Assembly: GCA_963743525.1 (NCBI GenBank) | Contig: CAVUQH010000003.1 | Span: forward strand, 224,001-288,000 | Direction of reading: 5' to 3' | Length of the DNA stretch: 64,000 nucleotides | Source: an uncultured delta proteobacterium | Lineage (GTDB): Bacteria > Myxococcota_A > Polyangia > Haliangiales > Haliangiaceae | The notes under the pieces: generated by a model | Seen by the model: the letters and a program-made list of their open reading frames with translations, nothing else | Told to the model about the DNA's origin: nothing | Database searches by the model: none | Shown here: in pieces, positions 27,278 to 43,958 of the stretch | Position numbering within the stretch: position 1 is the first letter of the stretch | Layout: each line of letters begins with the position of its first letter | Program-made: the position numbers and the translations under genes

Positions 27278-27659
27278 CTCACGTCAACGTGAACGTCCAC
27301 GTTGACGTGAGCGTGGCCGTCGGCTCCACCGTTGACGGTGACGTCAACGTTGACGTGAACGGCTACGTTGACGTGAACGTGAACGTGGCCGTCGGCTCCA
27401 CCGTTGACGTTGACGTTGACGTTGACGTTGACGTTGACGTTGACGTTGACGTTGACTGACGTTGACCTTGACGTGAACGGCTACGTTGACGTGAACGGCT
27501 ACGTTGACGTGAACGGCTACGTTGACGTGAACGTGAACGTGGACGTCGGCTCCACCGTTGACCTTGACCTTGACCTTGACGTTGACGTGAACGTCCACGT
27601 TGACGTGAACGTGAACGTGGACGTCGGCTCCACCGTTGACCTTGACGTGGACGTCAACG
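27278..27659 (+). repeat. Left hexamer array (GTTGAC/GTGAAC/GTGGAC/CTTGAC/GGCTAC)
   Basis: Nine perfect GTTGAC at 27403-27456; repeated 18-mer GTTGACGTGAACGGCTAC; four copies of GTGG(A/C)CGTCGGCTCCACCGTTGAC at 27313, 27385, 27539, 27617. Confidence 0.95.
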
Positions 27660-27732
27660 CTCCACAGCTGCGCAATCGCAGCAGAACTGCACGGGCAAGC
27701 AACTCCTTGCCCAGTCGAGCCGATAGTCCTGC

Positions 27733-28068
27733 ATGCTCAGCTTCCAGCGGCTGGAGGTCTACCAACGTGCCATCGAGTTCACCGCGCTCGCGAACGAGCT
27801 CGTGGAGGGACTGCCTCGTGGTCACGCTGAACGCGTCGATCAGCTGATTCGTGCTGCCGAATCGGTGGTGCGGAACATCGCCGAAGGTGCTGGTCGATGG
27901 TCTCGGGCCGACAGCGCGAAGCACTACAAGATCGCTCGCGGAGAGGCGATGGAGTGCGCGGCGTCGTTGGATATCCTGAGGCTTCGCAAGCTGGTGGGTG
28001 ACCAAGCGTATGAGCGCGGGATCAGGCTGTTGGAGGCGGTGGTCGGGATGTTGACGAAAATGGCGTAG
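27733..28068 (+). CDS. Four helix bundle protein (23S rRNA IVP / Avd-like family)
   Basis: FQRLEVYQRA, DQLIRAAESVVRNIAEG, IARGEAMEC; 111 aa. Confidence 0.9.
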   Translation: MLSFQRLEVYQRAIEFTALANELVEGLPRGHAERVDQLIRAAESVVRNIAEGAGRWSRADSAKHYKIARGEAMECAASLDILRLRKLVGDQAYERGIRLLEAVVGMLTKMA

Positions 28069-28076
28069 GGCGGGGA

Positions 28077-28497
28077 GTCGACGACCACGTCAACGGTGGA
28101 GCCGACGTCCACGTTCAGGTTCACGTCAACGACCACGTATCCGTCAACGTCAAGGTTCGGGTCAACGTCAACGTCAAGGTTCAGGTCAACGTTCAGGTCA
28201 ACGTCAAGGTTCAGGTCAACGTTCAGGTCAACGTCAACGTTGGAGCCGACGTCCACGTTCAGGTTCAGGTCAACGACCACGTATCCGTCAACGTCAAGGT
28301 TCAGGTCAACGTCAACGTCAAGGTTCAGGTCAACGTCAACGTCAAGGTTCAGGTCAACGTCAACGTCAAGGTTCAGGTCAACGTCAACGTCAAGGTTCAG
28401 GTCAACGTCAACGTCAAGGTTCAGGTCAACCTCAACGGTGGAGTTGACGTCCACGTTCAGGTTCAGGTCAACGACCACGTATCCGTCAACGTCGACG
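28077..28497 (-). repeat. Right hexamer array, inverted relative to the left array
   Basis: Five tandem GTCAACGTCAACGTCAAGGTTCAG at 28305-28424; reverse-complement core GTCAACGGTGGAGCCGAC at 28089, with variants at 28233 and 28431. Confidence 0.95.
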
Positions 28498-28523
28498 GTT
28501 GCGGTTGGGGGGGCGCTTCGAAG

Positions 28524-29375
<852 letters not shown>

Positions 29376-29388
29376 GGCGGCTAGCAGC

Positions 29389-29565
29389 TTAGCTCGCCAG
29401 GAGGCCCGAGGTCATCGCGTCCGCGCACTCGCACAGCTCCTCGTAGATCCAGACGAGTTGCAGGAATGTCGCGGGCTTATCGGGGAGCTCGTCGTACACC
29501 TGACAGATGCCCGGGAACGACTCCTCCGCGAGCGGAAGCTCTGCCTCGGTGATACGGCCTTGCAT
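29389..29565 (-). CDS. Small hypothetical protein (58 aa)
   Basis: [20 protein letters not shown]…[10 protein letters not shown]; fills the gap upstream of murI and has protein-like composition. Confidence 0.45.
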   Translation of the reverse strand: MQGRITEAELPLAEESFPGICQVYDELPDKPATFLQLVWIYEELCECADAMTSGLLAS

Positions 29566-29615
29566 GGGCCGGCTGTGAGGCAAGCCCCGTTCCAGATCGT
29601 CCGGGTGGGCGCCGA

Positions 29616-30644
<1,029 letters not shown>

Positions 30645-30676
30645 ACCGGTAGCGGCGGGCGCGCGTCTCTACCGGA

Positions 30677-32743
30677 GTGCACCGCTACGCCTCGCTCCTG
30701 GTCTGCCTGGCGCTGGCCGCCTGTGGCGACGCCACGCCGGCTCGCAAATCCCTGGCCGACGCCGATCCGCCGACCGCCGCGCCACCGGCACCGCCGATCC
30801 CGGGCGCGCCGCAGCTGGTGAGCGTCCTGGCGCGGACGCTGCCGCGCACCGTCGGCACGCCGCCGGCGTCGGCCATCGACCGGGTGGTGCTGGCGCCCGG
30901 CGGGGCCGCCGCGCTGACCCTGGGCACCAACGGCGAGGTGCGCCTGTGGCCGGCGCTCGACGGCAGCGTCGAGCCGGTGCCGGTGCCGGCTCGCGGGGTT
31001 CGCGACCTGTCGCTGGCGGCGGCGGGCGGGCGGCTGGTGGTCGGCATCGTCGACGCCGCCGGCGCCGGCCGGCTGCTCGAGCGCGAGGCCGACGGCAGCT
31101 GGCGCGAGCGCTTTGCCACCTCGCCGTCGCCGCCGCTGGCGGCGCTGTCGGTCGTGCCCGGCGGCGCCCGCGCGGTGACGGTCGGGGCCGACGGCGCGTT
31201 GACCCTGGTCGACGCCGACGGTCACGCGCTCGCGCACCTCGACGAGCGCGGCTATCGCCCGCAGGTGGTGGTGCCGGCGCGCGACGGCCGCAGTCTGGTG
31301 ACGCTCGCCAGCGAGCCGTCGGCGACCAGCGGCAGGATCGACGTGACCATCGAGCGCGTCGCCATCGCCGATCCGCCGGCGCTGGTGCGCCAGCCGGATC
31401 CGCTGGAGCTGACCAACCTGCCCGCGCTGCCGGCGATCGCGCCGAGCGGTGGCGCCGTCGCCTGGGTCGATCGAGCCGCCGACAACAGCCCGATCGCGAT
31501 GGCCATCGATCTGGCCAGCGGCAGCCGCCGGCAGATCATCCGCCGCCAGCCCAACGAGCCGATGCGCGTCGGCTGGGCCAGCGACGACCGCCTGGTGGTC
31601 GACGGCAATCCGGGTGATGCGTGGGTCTCGGACGGCGCCAGCGGCAAGGGTCGGCCCCACGCGTTTCCCGCGCCGCCGGTCAGCGTCGGTGTGGCCACCG
31701 CGAACGGCTACGGCGACGGCTTCGCGGTCGCCGCCGTCGGTCGCTGGCTGATGGTCCGCACCGCGGCCAGCGACGAAGTTCACTACCTCGGCTACGAGCT
31801 GTTCCAGGTCGGCGCCGGCGCGGTGTCGTCCACCGGCAAGCGCATCGCCTGGGCCGCCGGCACCGATCTCTACGTCGACCGCACCGATCGCGGCGATGTG
31901 CTGCGCGTGGCGGTGGGCATCTTCGGCGTGCAGCGGATGGCGTTCCTCGACGACACCACCCTCGTCACCGCCGACTCGACCCGCCTGCGCGTGATCGACA
32001 CCGACACCGGCAACGTGGTCGACGAAGCCGACTCCGGCGGCGGCGCCGGCTGGTTCGACCTGGCGCACGACCTGGTCCTGGTCGGCATCGCGCCGCACGC
32101 GCGGGTGTACGAGCTCGACGACCAGCACCACTTCGGCCGACCGCACATCATCGATGCCAGGCTGATGGCGGCGGGGCTGCTCGACGCGACGACGCCGGGC
32201 GCGCCCGTGGTTTGGGCGCTCGACTCCGAGGCCCACTACAACCGCTTCACCCGGGCGCAGCTGCGCGCCGGGATCGTCGCGGCAGACATCAGCGCCGGCA
32301 TCGCGCGGCAGACGTCGATCTCCGGCGATCACCAGGGCCGATTGCTTCGCTGGGGCGGCAACACCGGGACACTCACTGTGTCGGCGCTGCCCGGTCACGG
32401 CAAAGGCGTGACCCTGTCGCTGCCCGCGGGCACCCTGGCGCAGCAGGCGATCCTGGCGCCGCGCGGCGGCAGGGTCGCGGCGCTGGCGCAGGGCACGCTG
32501 CTGGTCTACGGCCCGGACGGCGACATCGCCTGGTCGCGCGGCATCGGCGCCAACAGCGCGGCCATGAGCTGGTCCGCCGACGGCGAGCTGCTGCTGATCA
32601 GCACCACCGGCGGCGGTCTGGTCCTGCACGCCGCCGACGGCGCCGTCGCCGACCAGCGCTGCGGGTTCTGGTACGGCAAGCGCCGCGCGCTGTCGCTGAT
32701 GGCGATGCAGCCGGCGCAGGGCCTGCTGGTCTGCGAGCCGTAG
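30677..32743 (+). CDS. Lipoprotein with WD40/beta-propeller repeats
   Basis: Lipobox LAAC; GEVRLW and WSADGELL beta-repeat motifs. Confidence 0.7.
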   Translation: MHRYASLLVCLALAACGDATPARKSLADADPPTAAPPAPPIPGAPQLVSVLARTLPRTVGTPPASAIDRVVLAPGGAAALTLGTNGEVRLWPALDGSVEPVPVPARGVRDLSLAAAGGRLVVGIVDAAGAGRLLEREADGSWRERFATSPSPPLAALSVVPGGARAVTVGADGALTLVDADGHALAHLDERGYRPQVVVPARDGRSLVTLASEPSATSGRIDVTIERVAIADPPALVRQPDPLELTNLPALPAIAPSGGAVAWVDRAADNSPIAMAIDLASGSRRQIIRRQPNEPMRVGWASDDRLVVDGNPGDAWVSDGASGKGRPHAFPAPPVSVGVATANGYGDGFAVAAVGRWLMVRTAASDEVHYLGYELFQVGAGAVSSTGKRIAWAAGTDLYVDRTDRGDVLRVAVGIFGVQRMAFLDDTTLVTADSTRLRVIDTDTGNVVDEADSGGGAGWFDLAHDLVLVGIAPHARVYELDDQHHFGRPHIIDARLMAAGLLDATTPGAPVVWALDSEAHYNRFTRAQLRAGIVAADISAGIARQTSISGDHQGRLLRWGGNTGTLTVSALPGHGKGVTLSLPAGTLAQQAILAPRGGRVAALAQGTLLVYGPDGDIAWSRGIGANSAAMSWSADGELLLISTTGGGLVLHAADGAVADQRCGFWYGKRRALSLMAMQPAQGLLVCEP

Positions 32744-32755
32744 TAGCATCCCGCC

Positions 32756-34436
32756 ATGCGCGGGATCGTGACGACGATGGTGGTGGTGGCGCTGGCGACC
32801 ACTGGATGCAGCAAGTCCAGGGCGCCAAAGCATAGAGCCGGCGCGGCCGACGACTCGCCCGGGGCCGCAGCGTCGGCCGACACCGGTGGCCTGTGGGCGT
32901 TGGCGCCGGACGGCGCGACCGGCGGCGTGGTCCTGGGGCCGGGCGTCCCGGCTCGGCTGGCCGATGCGATTCGCGTGGTTCGCGCCGACTACGCCGTGCT
33001 CCCCGGCGCGGCCGAGGCGCTGGCGCGCATGGACGCGCTGTTCGGCAAGGGGTTGCCGATGTCGCCGGTCGACCCGGCCAACTGGGATCGTCTCGGCCTG
33101 GCGCTGGACCAACCGGCGGCGGCGTTCCTGGGCAAGGACGGCGGGGCCCTGCTGGTGCTGCCGATCGCCGATCGCGAGGCGTTCGTCAAAGCGATGGGCG
33201 GCAAGAGCGACGGCAGCGGCGCGGCGCGCGTCGATCGGCTGGGCGACTCGTTGTCGTGCAAGTCGATCACCGGCGGTCGCTACGCCTGCGCCAGCGAGGC
33301 GGCGCTGCTCGACACGGTCGGCAAAGGCGCGGAGCTGATCGCCGCCCAGGCCAAGCGACCGGCGGCGCTGCGCGGCGACGTCGAGCTGCTGTCGACCACG
33401 CCCGGCATCGTCGCGGCGGTCCGTCTCGAGCGCGGCGGCTTCACCGCCCGGGCTCACCTCGAGGTCGACACCGCCATGGTCGTCCTCGTTCGTCGGCAAG
33501 GCCGGACCGCTGTCGTCCGGGCTGAAGGCGGCCAAACCGGCCGGGTTCGTGCGCGTGCGGGTCAACCTCGCCGGTCTGGCGGCATCGGCACCGGACCAAC
33601 CGATGCCGATCGGCGTCTCGCCGCACGCGGCGATCGATGCGCTCAGCGGCGAGGTCGTCGCCCACACCGCCGCGGGCAGCCCGCCCCACGGCGTCATCCA
33701 GGTCGGCCTGTCGAAGCCGGACGTGATCGCGCCGGCGGTGGCCGCGCTGTGCCCGATGCTGCCGGGCCTGATGCCCGGCGCCACCGCCGCGCTCGACGGC
33801 GGCCACTGCCGCGGCACCCTGGCGCCGCCGGCCGGCGACCTGGGCAGCACCACGTTGCGCTTCCTCGGCGGCGTGCCGTTCGACCTGAGCGTCGATGGCA
33901 AGGCGCTGGTGGTCGCGCTCGGCCCGGCGAACGCACCCGCGGTCGCTCCGGCGACCACGGCCGTCGGCGACGAGCTGCGCGACGGCGACTGGGATCTGTC
34001 GTGGTGGGGTGTCGGCATCTTGCCGCCGGCGCTGATGATGGAGGTCGCCCGGTCGATGCCGCCGGATCCGACCATCACCGACATCATGTGGCTGTACATG
34101 CACCTGCGCGCGCTGGGCATGGGCGTCCGCGTGCAGCCCCACGGCATCGACGTGCTGCTGTCGGCCAGCTCGCAGTGGGCCAACCCCGAAGACGTTCGCC
34201 GTGCGCTCGAGCCGCTGTACGCGCAGGCGGTCGCCGGCAAGGAAGTCACCGGCGCGCTCGCCGCCCTGGCCGCCGAGCACCCGGACTCGCCGCTGGGCCG
34301 GTCGGTGCACAACGGCGTCGCCGGACTGGTGCCGATCACCGGCGCCATCGGCATCGTCGCGGCAGTCGCCATCCCCGCGTTCCTCAAATACCGGATGCGC
34401 GCGCGCGCCGCGGCCAGCGGGCAGCCGCCGTTCTAG
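32756..34436 (+). CDS. Hypothetical lipoprotein ending in a pilin-like helix; 1-bp insertion at ~33470
   Basis: Lipobox TTGC; after HLEVD the +1 frame reads PPWSSSFVGKAG… into ORF 33549..34436, ending GAIGIVAAVAIPAFLKYRMRAR. Confidence 0.65.
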
Positions 34437-35771
34437 CCCGGGGCGTTGACGGTTTCGCGGTAGATCTCGTCGCCGTTGTCGTCGCGGCAGACGAACGTCA
34501 TCGACGGCGCCGCGCCGCCGGTGATGGTGATCTCGCCGTAGTTGTAGGCGATCGTTCGCGCGACCACCTCGGGCACCAGCGGCGGCAGGGTCTCCGGATC
34601 GGGCAGGCCGCGGGCGACCGGGCCGACCTGCCACTCGATGGCGCCGGCGTCGAGATGGTGGGCGGCGAACCAGTGCTGATCGGCGGTCACGAAGACCACG
34701 CCCGGCACCTGCGGTGCGTCGCCGGCGCCGTAGCCGAGCGCCGACAAGATCTCCTCGCGCTCGGTGGCGAAGACGTTCCAGTGATCTTCGGTGTTGCCGA
34801 AGTCGAGCGGCACGCTGGTGCCGATCAGCTTGAACGTGGCGTTGCTGCGCCTGACGCCGTCGATCAGCCACTGCTTCTGCACCGCGCCGAGCATGGTCTT
34901 GTCGGGCCCGTCCGGATCGCGGTTGGCCGAGCGGTACAGTCGGGTGTCGAGGATGAAGACGTCCAGGTGCCGTCCCCACTGCAGCCCGGCGGTAGCGCGG
35001 ACCGTCGGGATCGCGGCGCAGCGGGAACCAGGCGTCCCACGCCGCGAGTCCGGCGGCGATGCGGTCGGGCTCGCCGGCGCGGAAGTAGGCGTCCCAGTCG
35101 TTGCGCACGTCGTGGTCGTCGTAGATGGCGTAGACCGGCAGCGCCGCCATCAGCCCGCGGGCGCGGTCGTCGGTGCGGGCCAGCCGGTGGCGCTCGTGGT
35201 ACTCGGGCAGCGTCATCGCCCCCGGGGCGTTGTCGGCATACGGCCAGTCGCCCAGCGACAGATAGAAGGCGGCCTCGCTGGCGGCCATGGTCGCCTGGAT
35301 CGGCGAGTCGAACTGCGGGTCGGTGTCGATGTCGGCCGCGAACAGGAAGGTGACGCCGGCGTCGGCGCCGGGGTCCGGCGCCGTGCGCAGCCGCTGCCAG
35401 CCGGTCGACCGGCCGTTGTCGAAGCGGACGTGATAGCGGTAGTCGCGGTCCGGCTCGAGATCGATCAGCTCGATCCAGCCGGTGCCGCCCGCCTCGGCCG
35501 ACAACTCGAACGGCATCGACGCCGCCGCGGTGCCGTCGACGAGATCCTCGATCACCACCGCTGCCCAGCGCGGCTTCTTCGCGTACGCCCAGATCAGCAC
35601 ACCGGTGTCGGTGACCTCGAACGCCGCCGCCACCGCGCTGGCATCGAGCGGCAGCGGATCGACGCCGCCGTCGACATCGGTGAGCAGCCCCGGCTCGTTG
35701 TCGCCGCAGCCCAGCGCGCCCAGCGCCGCCGCCGCGCCGACGAGCTCCAGCCATTCGCGCCGGCTGATCAC
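34433..35771 (-). CDS. PhoD-family alkaline phosphatase, Tat-exported lipoprotein; 1-bp insertion at ~34986
   Basis: SRREWL Tat motif plus LGC, LGDWPYAD, YDDHDV-x-ND; after the shift LDTRLYRS, TMLGAVQKQWL, TADQH. Confidence 0.85.
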
Positions 35772-35785
35772 CGCTCTAGCTTACG

Positions 35786-36286
35786 TCACCAGGCGAGGTG
35801 CAGCTGCAGCGAGCCGGTGATGGACAGCACGCTGTCGGTGCCGTCGATGCGCAGGCTGAGCCCGCCGGCGGTGACGATCGCGACCGGGCCGCGCACCCAC
35901 AGGTGGGTCTCGACGCCGCCGCCGGCCACCGGGCGCACGCTGCCCGCCCACGACACGCCGGCGTCGGCATAGAGCGCCAGCTGCAGGCGCGGCCGCGACG
36001 CCGCCGCCTCGTAGACGATGCCTGCGGTGGCCTGGCCGCCCGTGCTCTGCTTCACCGACCGGCCCTCGACCCGCAGACCGAAGCGACCAAAGCTGCCGGC
36101 CGGGTAGAGCTCGGCGAAGCCGGTGGCGCCCCACGCGGGGCCGGTCAGTCCCAGGTAGGTGCCGCCGCCAACGCCGCCGTGGACCTGGCGCACGCGGTCG
36201 GGCGGGTGCTGCTCGGCCACCGCGGCGTGGCCCGCGCAGAGTGCGCACAGCGCCGCCAGCGCCGCCGCTGGTTTGGCTCCGATCAT
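35786..36286 (-). CDS. Secreted hypothetical protein, possible small outer-membrane beta-barrel
   Basis: Signal peptide, alternating beta pattern, terminal Trp (LQLHLAW). Confidence 0.55.
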   Translation of the reverse strand: MIGAKPAAALAALCALCAGHAAVAEQHPPDRVRQVHGGVGGGTYLGLTGPAWGATGFAELYPAGSFGRFGLRVEGRSVKQSTGGQATAGIVYEAAASRPRLQLALYADAGVSWAGSVRPVAGGGVETHLWVRGPVAIVTAGGLSLRIDGTDSVLSITGSLQLHLAW

Positions 36287-36296
36287 CGCCGTGCGG

Positions 36297-37238
36297 TCAT
36301 TCCGGCTCGCGCTCGCCCAGGTAGCGGACCAGGCTGACGTGCAGCTGGCTCTGGATGAGGCGGAGGATGCTCTCGTACTCGGGGCCGTCCACGGCCAGGC
36401 GCTCGCGCAACAGCTCGCCGGTCTTCTGCACCAGGGCGTCGCGGGCCTTCTCCAGCCAGCGGTAAGCGGTCACCCGGTGAACCCGGTAGATGGTGCCGAT
36501 CTCGTCGATGTTGAGGTTGTCGACGTAGTGGTAGCGCAGCACGCTCTGCTGCCGCGGCGACACCAGACCGAGCGCGTCGAGGAAGGCGGCGCGGAACTCG
36601 GTGCGGTACTTCTCCTTCATGTAGGCGATCTCGGGATCGTCGCCGGCGGCCGACACCCCGACCAGCACCTGCTCGTCCTCGATCAGCACCTCGCGTTTGC
36701 CCTTGCGCATGAAGTTGAGGCACGTGCGCACCGCCACCGAGCGCAACCAGCGGCGCAGCCCGCTGCGACCGGAGAATTCGGCAATCTTCGGCCGCGTCCC
36801 CGGATTGGCCACGAACAGGCGATGGCGCACGAGTTGCTTGACCTCGTCCAGCTGCGAGCTCGACAGGCGCATGCGCGCCAGGGCGCCGGTCAGGTCGGGC
36901 ATGAAGCGGGCGTCGAAGGTGGCGATGGCGCCGGCGTCCCCACGTGCGCAGGCGCACGCCAGATAGAGGTCGCCGGCGCGCAGCTGGCTCAACGTTTCCG
37001 CGGGGTCACGGTCCTCGGCCAGCCGCTCGGCGATGTAGCCGACGTAGACGTCGGCGGGGACGGCCACACCGGGCCACTCGGCCCGGGCGGTAGCGACCAG
37101 CTCGCCGAGGCGCGCCTCCAGGTTCGACACCGCGGTCAGCGCCGAGCGGAGCGCGTCATCTGCGCCGGCGAGGAACGGTTCGACCAGAGACGCCACGGAC
37201 GCCACGGTTACGAAGGTAACCCATCGGCGCCCGGTCAC
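36297..37238 (-). CDS. Sigma-70 family factor, Myxococcales type
   Basis: [49 protein letters not shown]. Start uncertain. Confidence 0.85.
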   Translation of the reverse strand: MTGRRWVTFVTVASVASLVEPFLAGADDALRSALTAVSNLEARLGELVATARAEWPGVAVPADVYVGYIAERLAEDRDPAETLSQLRAGDLYLACACARGDAGAIATFDARFMPDLTGALARMRLSSSQLDEVKQLVRHRLFVANPGTRPKIAEFSGRSGLRRWLRSVAVRTCLNFMRKGKREVLIEDEQVLVGVSAAGDDPEIAYMKEKYRTEFRAAFLDALGLVSPRQQSVLRYHYVDNLNIDEIGTIYRVHRVTAYRWLEKARDALVQKTGELLRERLAVDGPEYESILRLIQSQLHVSLVRYLGEREPE

Positions 37239-37314
37239 AAAGAGCCGCGCTCATCGACCCCCTCGGCCCGCCCGCATCGGCGTGATACGCTTGAGGGGTT
37301 CCGTCGAGGTAGTG

Positions 37315-38457
<1,143 letters not shown>

Positions 38458-38484
38458 CGCTGCCCCCGTTCCCGTTTCACCCGC

Positions 38485-39759
<1,275 letters not shown>

Positions 39760-39779
39760 GCGGAAGAGGAGAGGCAACG

Positions 39780-40475
39780 ATGGGACTCAAGCCGAGGGCG
39801 CGGCGGGCACCGCGCCTGGATGGGGTCACCCCCGATCGGCCGCTGGTGGTGGCCATGCCCAAGGGCCGCATCATGAAGGAGGCGGCGGCGCTGTTCGCCG
39901 AGGCCGGCTTCGACCTGTCGCCGCTGATGAGCGACTCGCGCAAGCTGGTCCACGACTGCGGGCCGCTGCGCGTGCTGGTGCTGCGCAGCTCCGACGTGCC
40001 GACCTACGTCGAGTACGGCGCCGCCGACGTCGGCGTGGCCGGCCGCGACGTCCTCGACGAGCAGGGCCGCGACCTGTACGAGCCGCTGGATCTGGGCATC
40101 GGCGCCTGCCGCATGGTGGTGGCCGAGCCGTCGGCGCGGCCGGTGGACGAGCGGTCGCAGATGCATGTCCGCATTGCCACCAAGTTCCCCAACATCACCC
40201 GCCGCTACCTGCAGCGCCGGGGTCTGCACGCCGAGGTCATCAAGCTGGGCGGGGCCATCGAGCTGGGGCCGCTGACCGGCCTCGCGGACCGGATCGTCGA
40301 TCTGGTGCAATCGGGCGAAACCCTGCGGCAGAACGGCCTGGTCGAGGTCGATACCATCATGCAGGTCTCGAGCCGTCTGGTCGTCAATCCGGCCAATCTC
40401 AAGCTGCGGCCGGCCGCGCTGTCCGACCTGATCGGCCGCCTGGAGAAGCACGTCCGCCCCGGGCCGAGGTTGTAG
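39780..40475 (+). CDS. hisG: ATP phosphoribosyltransferase, short form
   Basis: [43 protein letters not shown]. Confidence 0.95.
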   Translation: MGLKPRARRAPRLDGVTPDRPLVVAMPKGRIMKEAAALFAEAGFDLSPLMSDSRKLVHDCGPLRVLVLRSSDVPTYVEYGAADVGVAGRDVLDEQGRDLYEPLDLGIGACRMVVAEPSARPVDERSQMHVRIATKFPNITRRYLQRRGLHAEVIKLGGAIELGPLTGLADRIVDLVQSGETLRQNGLVEVDTIMQVSSRLVVNPANLKLRPAALSDLIGRLEKHVRPGPRL

Positions 40476-40495
40476 TACTCTACGTATTCGACCGG

Positions 40496-41185
40496 ATGCC
40501 CGCCGATCTGAGAGCATTCCTCGCGGAGGATCTTAGGCTTCATCCGCGCGTCGCCTACCAGGGCTTCCTCGGCACCGGGGATGCCGCGCGTATCGTCGAG
40601 GCGTTGGGGCCGATGACGCCGTTTCGCCGCGACTACGCCGGGGCGATTTGCATCGTCGACTGGGACCACCGGCTGCCGTCACAGCTGTTGCCGCTGCGCA
40701 TCTACGCCTACTACACCGGCGGCGCCCTGGCCGCCGGGGAAGAGGCGTACGACGACCGGGTGGAGGAGATCGGCCGCCGGGACCGCTTCCCCGAGTTCGA
40801 CGTCCCCGACTTCGACCAGCTGCCCGCCGACGAGGCGTACGAGGTCGAGCTCGATCCGTCGGGACAGGTCGGCCGCTGCCGCCTGACCAGCGCCTGGCGG
40901 CGCAACATTCTCCACGTCAACGCCGAGAAGGCGGTCGGCATCGCGTCGGCCTCCGAGGAGTACAAGCTCTTGCGCGAACAGACCCCCGACCGCCCCGAGC
41001 GGCTGGGCAGCCTGGAGGCGGTGTCGTGGACCCCGCCGTGCGAATCACAGCACGAGCGCTGGACGCTGGACGTCTGGTATCTGCTGGCGTTCGACGGCCG
41101 CATCGGCACCGGCCGCAGCTTCCTCGTCGACCTCGAGGACAGCGTGGTCGTCACCGCCCGCGACTTCTCCGTCCGCACCGCGTAG
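40496..41185 (+). CDS. Hypothetical protein
   Basis: 229-aa ORF with strong GC3 bias, co-oriented after hisG. Confidence 0.7.
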   Translation: MPADLRAFLAEDLRLHPRVAYQGFLGTGDAARIVEALGPMTPFRRDYAGAICIVDWDHRLPSQLLPLRIYAYYTGGALAAGEEAYDDRVEEIGRRDRFPEFDVPDFDQLPADEAYEVELDPSGQVGRCRLTSAWRRNILHVNAEKAVGIASASEEYKLLREQTPDRPERLGSLEAVSWTPPCESQHERWTLDVWYLLAFDGRIGTGRSFLVDLEDSVVVTARDFSVRTA

Positions 41186-41842
41186 CTAGCGGCGGACCTT
41201 CTTGTGCGCCAGAAACGCTTCCAGGGTATCGGCGCGCAGGGCCGGGTTGGTCTGTAATTCCCAGCCCAGGGTGCTCTGTGGCGTCTCGCCGTAGTCGTGC
41301 CCGGGGTAGAGGCGGGTCTCCTCGGGAAGCGCGGCGATCACCTGCTGCAGGCTGTGGAACATCGCGTCGGGGTCGCTGTTGGGGAACGCCACGCCGCCGC
41401 AGCCGGCGCGGCCGACGTAGAGGACGTCGCCGGTGATCACGGCACCCGGGTCGGGTAGATACCAGCTGATGCAGCCCGGCGTGTGCCCCGGTGTGTACAG
41501 CGCGCGGGCGACGCCGTTGCCGATGGCGACCTCGTCGCCGTCGGCGATCGGCTCGACGCGGGCGGCCTGCTCGCGGGCCTTGTCGAGCTCGTACGGGTGA
41601 CAGCGGACGACTGCGCCGGTCGCCTCGGCGGCTTCGTCGAGACCGGCGACGTGATCGGGATGGGTGTGGGTGAGAAGGATCGTGTCGACCGTCCAGCCGC
41701 GCTCGCGCGCCGCGGCCAGGAGGCGGTCAACTTCGAAGGCTGGATCGACCAGCGCGGCGCGACCGGTCTCGGGGCAGCCGATCACCTCGCAGAAGTTCTG
41801 CAACAGGCCGACCTCGATCTGCAGGATCTCGAGGGTGGACAT
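41186..41842 (-). CDS. MBL-fold hydrolase (glyoxalase II-like)
   Basis: THTHPDH, TPGHTPG, TGD, YPGHDY. Confidence 0.9.
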   Translation of the reverse strand: MSTLEILQIEVGLLQNFCEVIGCPETGRAALVDPAFEVDRLLAAARERGWTVDTILLTHTHPDHVAGLDEAAEATGAVVRCHPYELDKAREQAARVEPIADGDEVAIGNGVARALYTPGHTPGCISWYLPDPGAVITGDVLYVGRAGCGGVAFPNSDPDAMFHSLQQVIAALPEETRLYPGHDYGETPQSTLGWELQTNPALRADTLEAFLAHKKVRR

Positions 41843-41844
41843 GG

Positions 41845-43908
<2,064 letters not shown>

Positions 43909-43958
43909 GGCCGCGTTTTAGCACACGCGGCCCGCGGCGGGAGCGCGGTCGCGACCAG

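Noticed and set aside
27733..28068. Diversity-generating retroelement or 23S rRNA intervening sequence
   Set aside because: No reverse transcriptase, no TR/VR pair with adenine-specific differences, and no rRNA sequence in the window.
27278..28497. CRISPR array
   Set aside because: No constant repeat with unique spacers, and no cas genes; the arrays are hexamer-based throughout.
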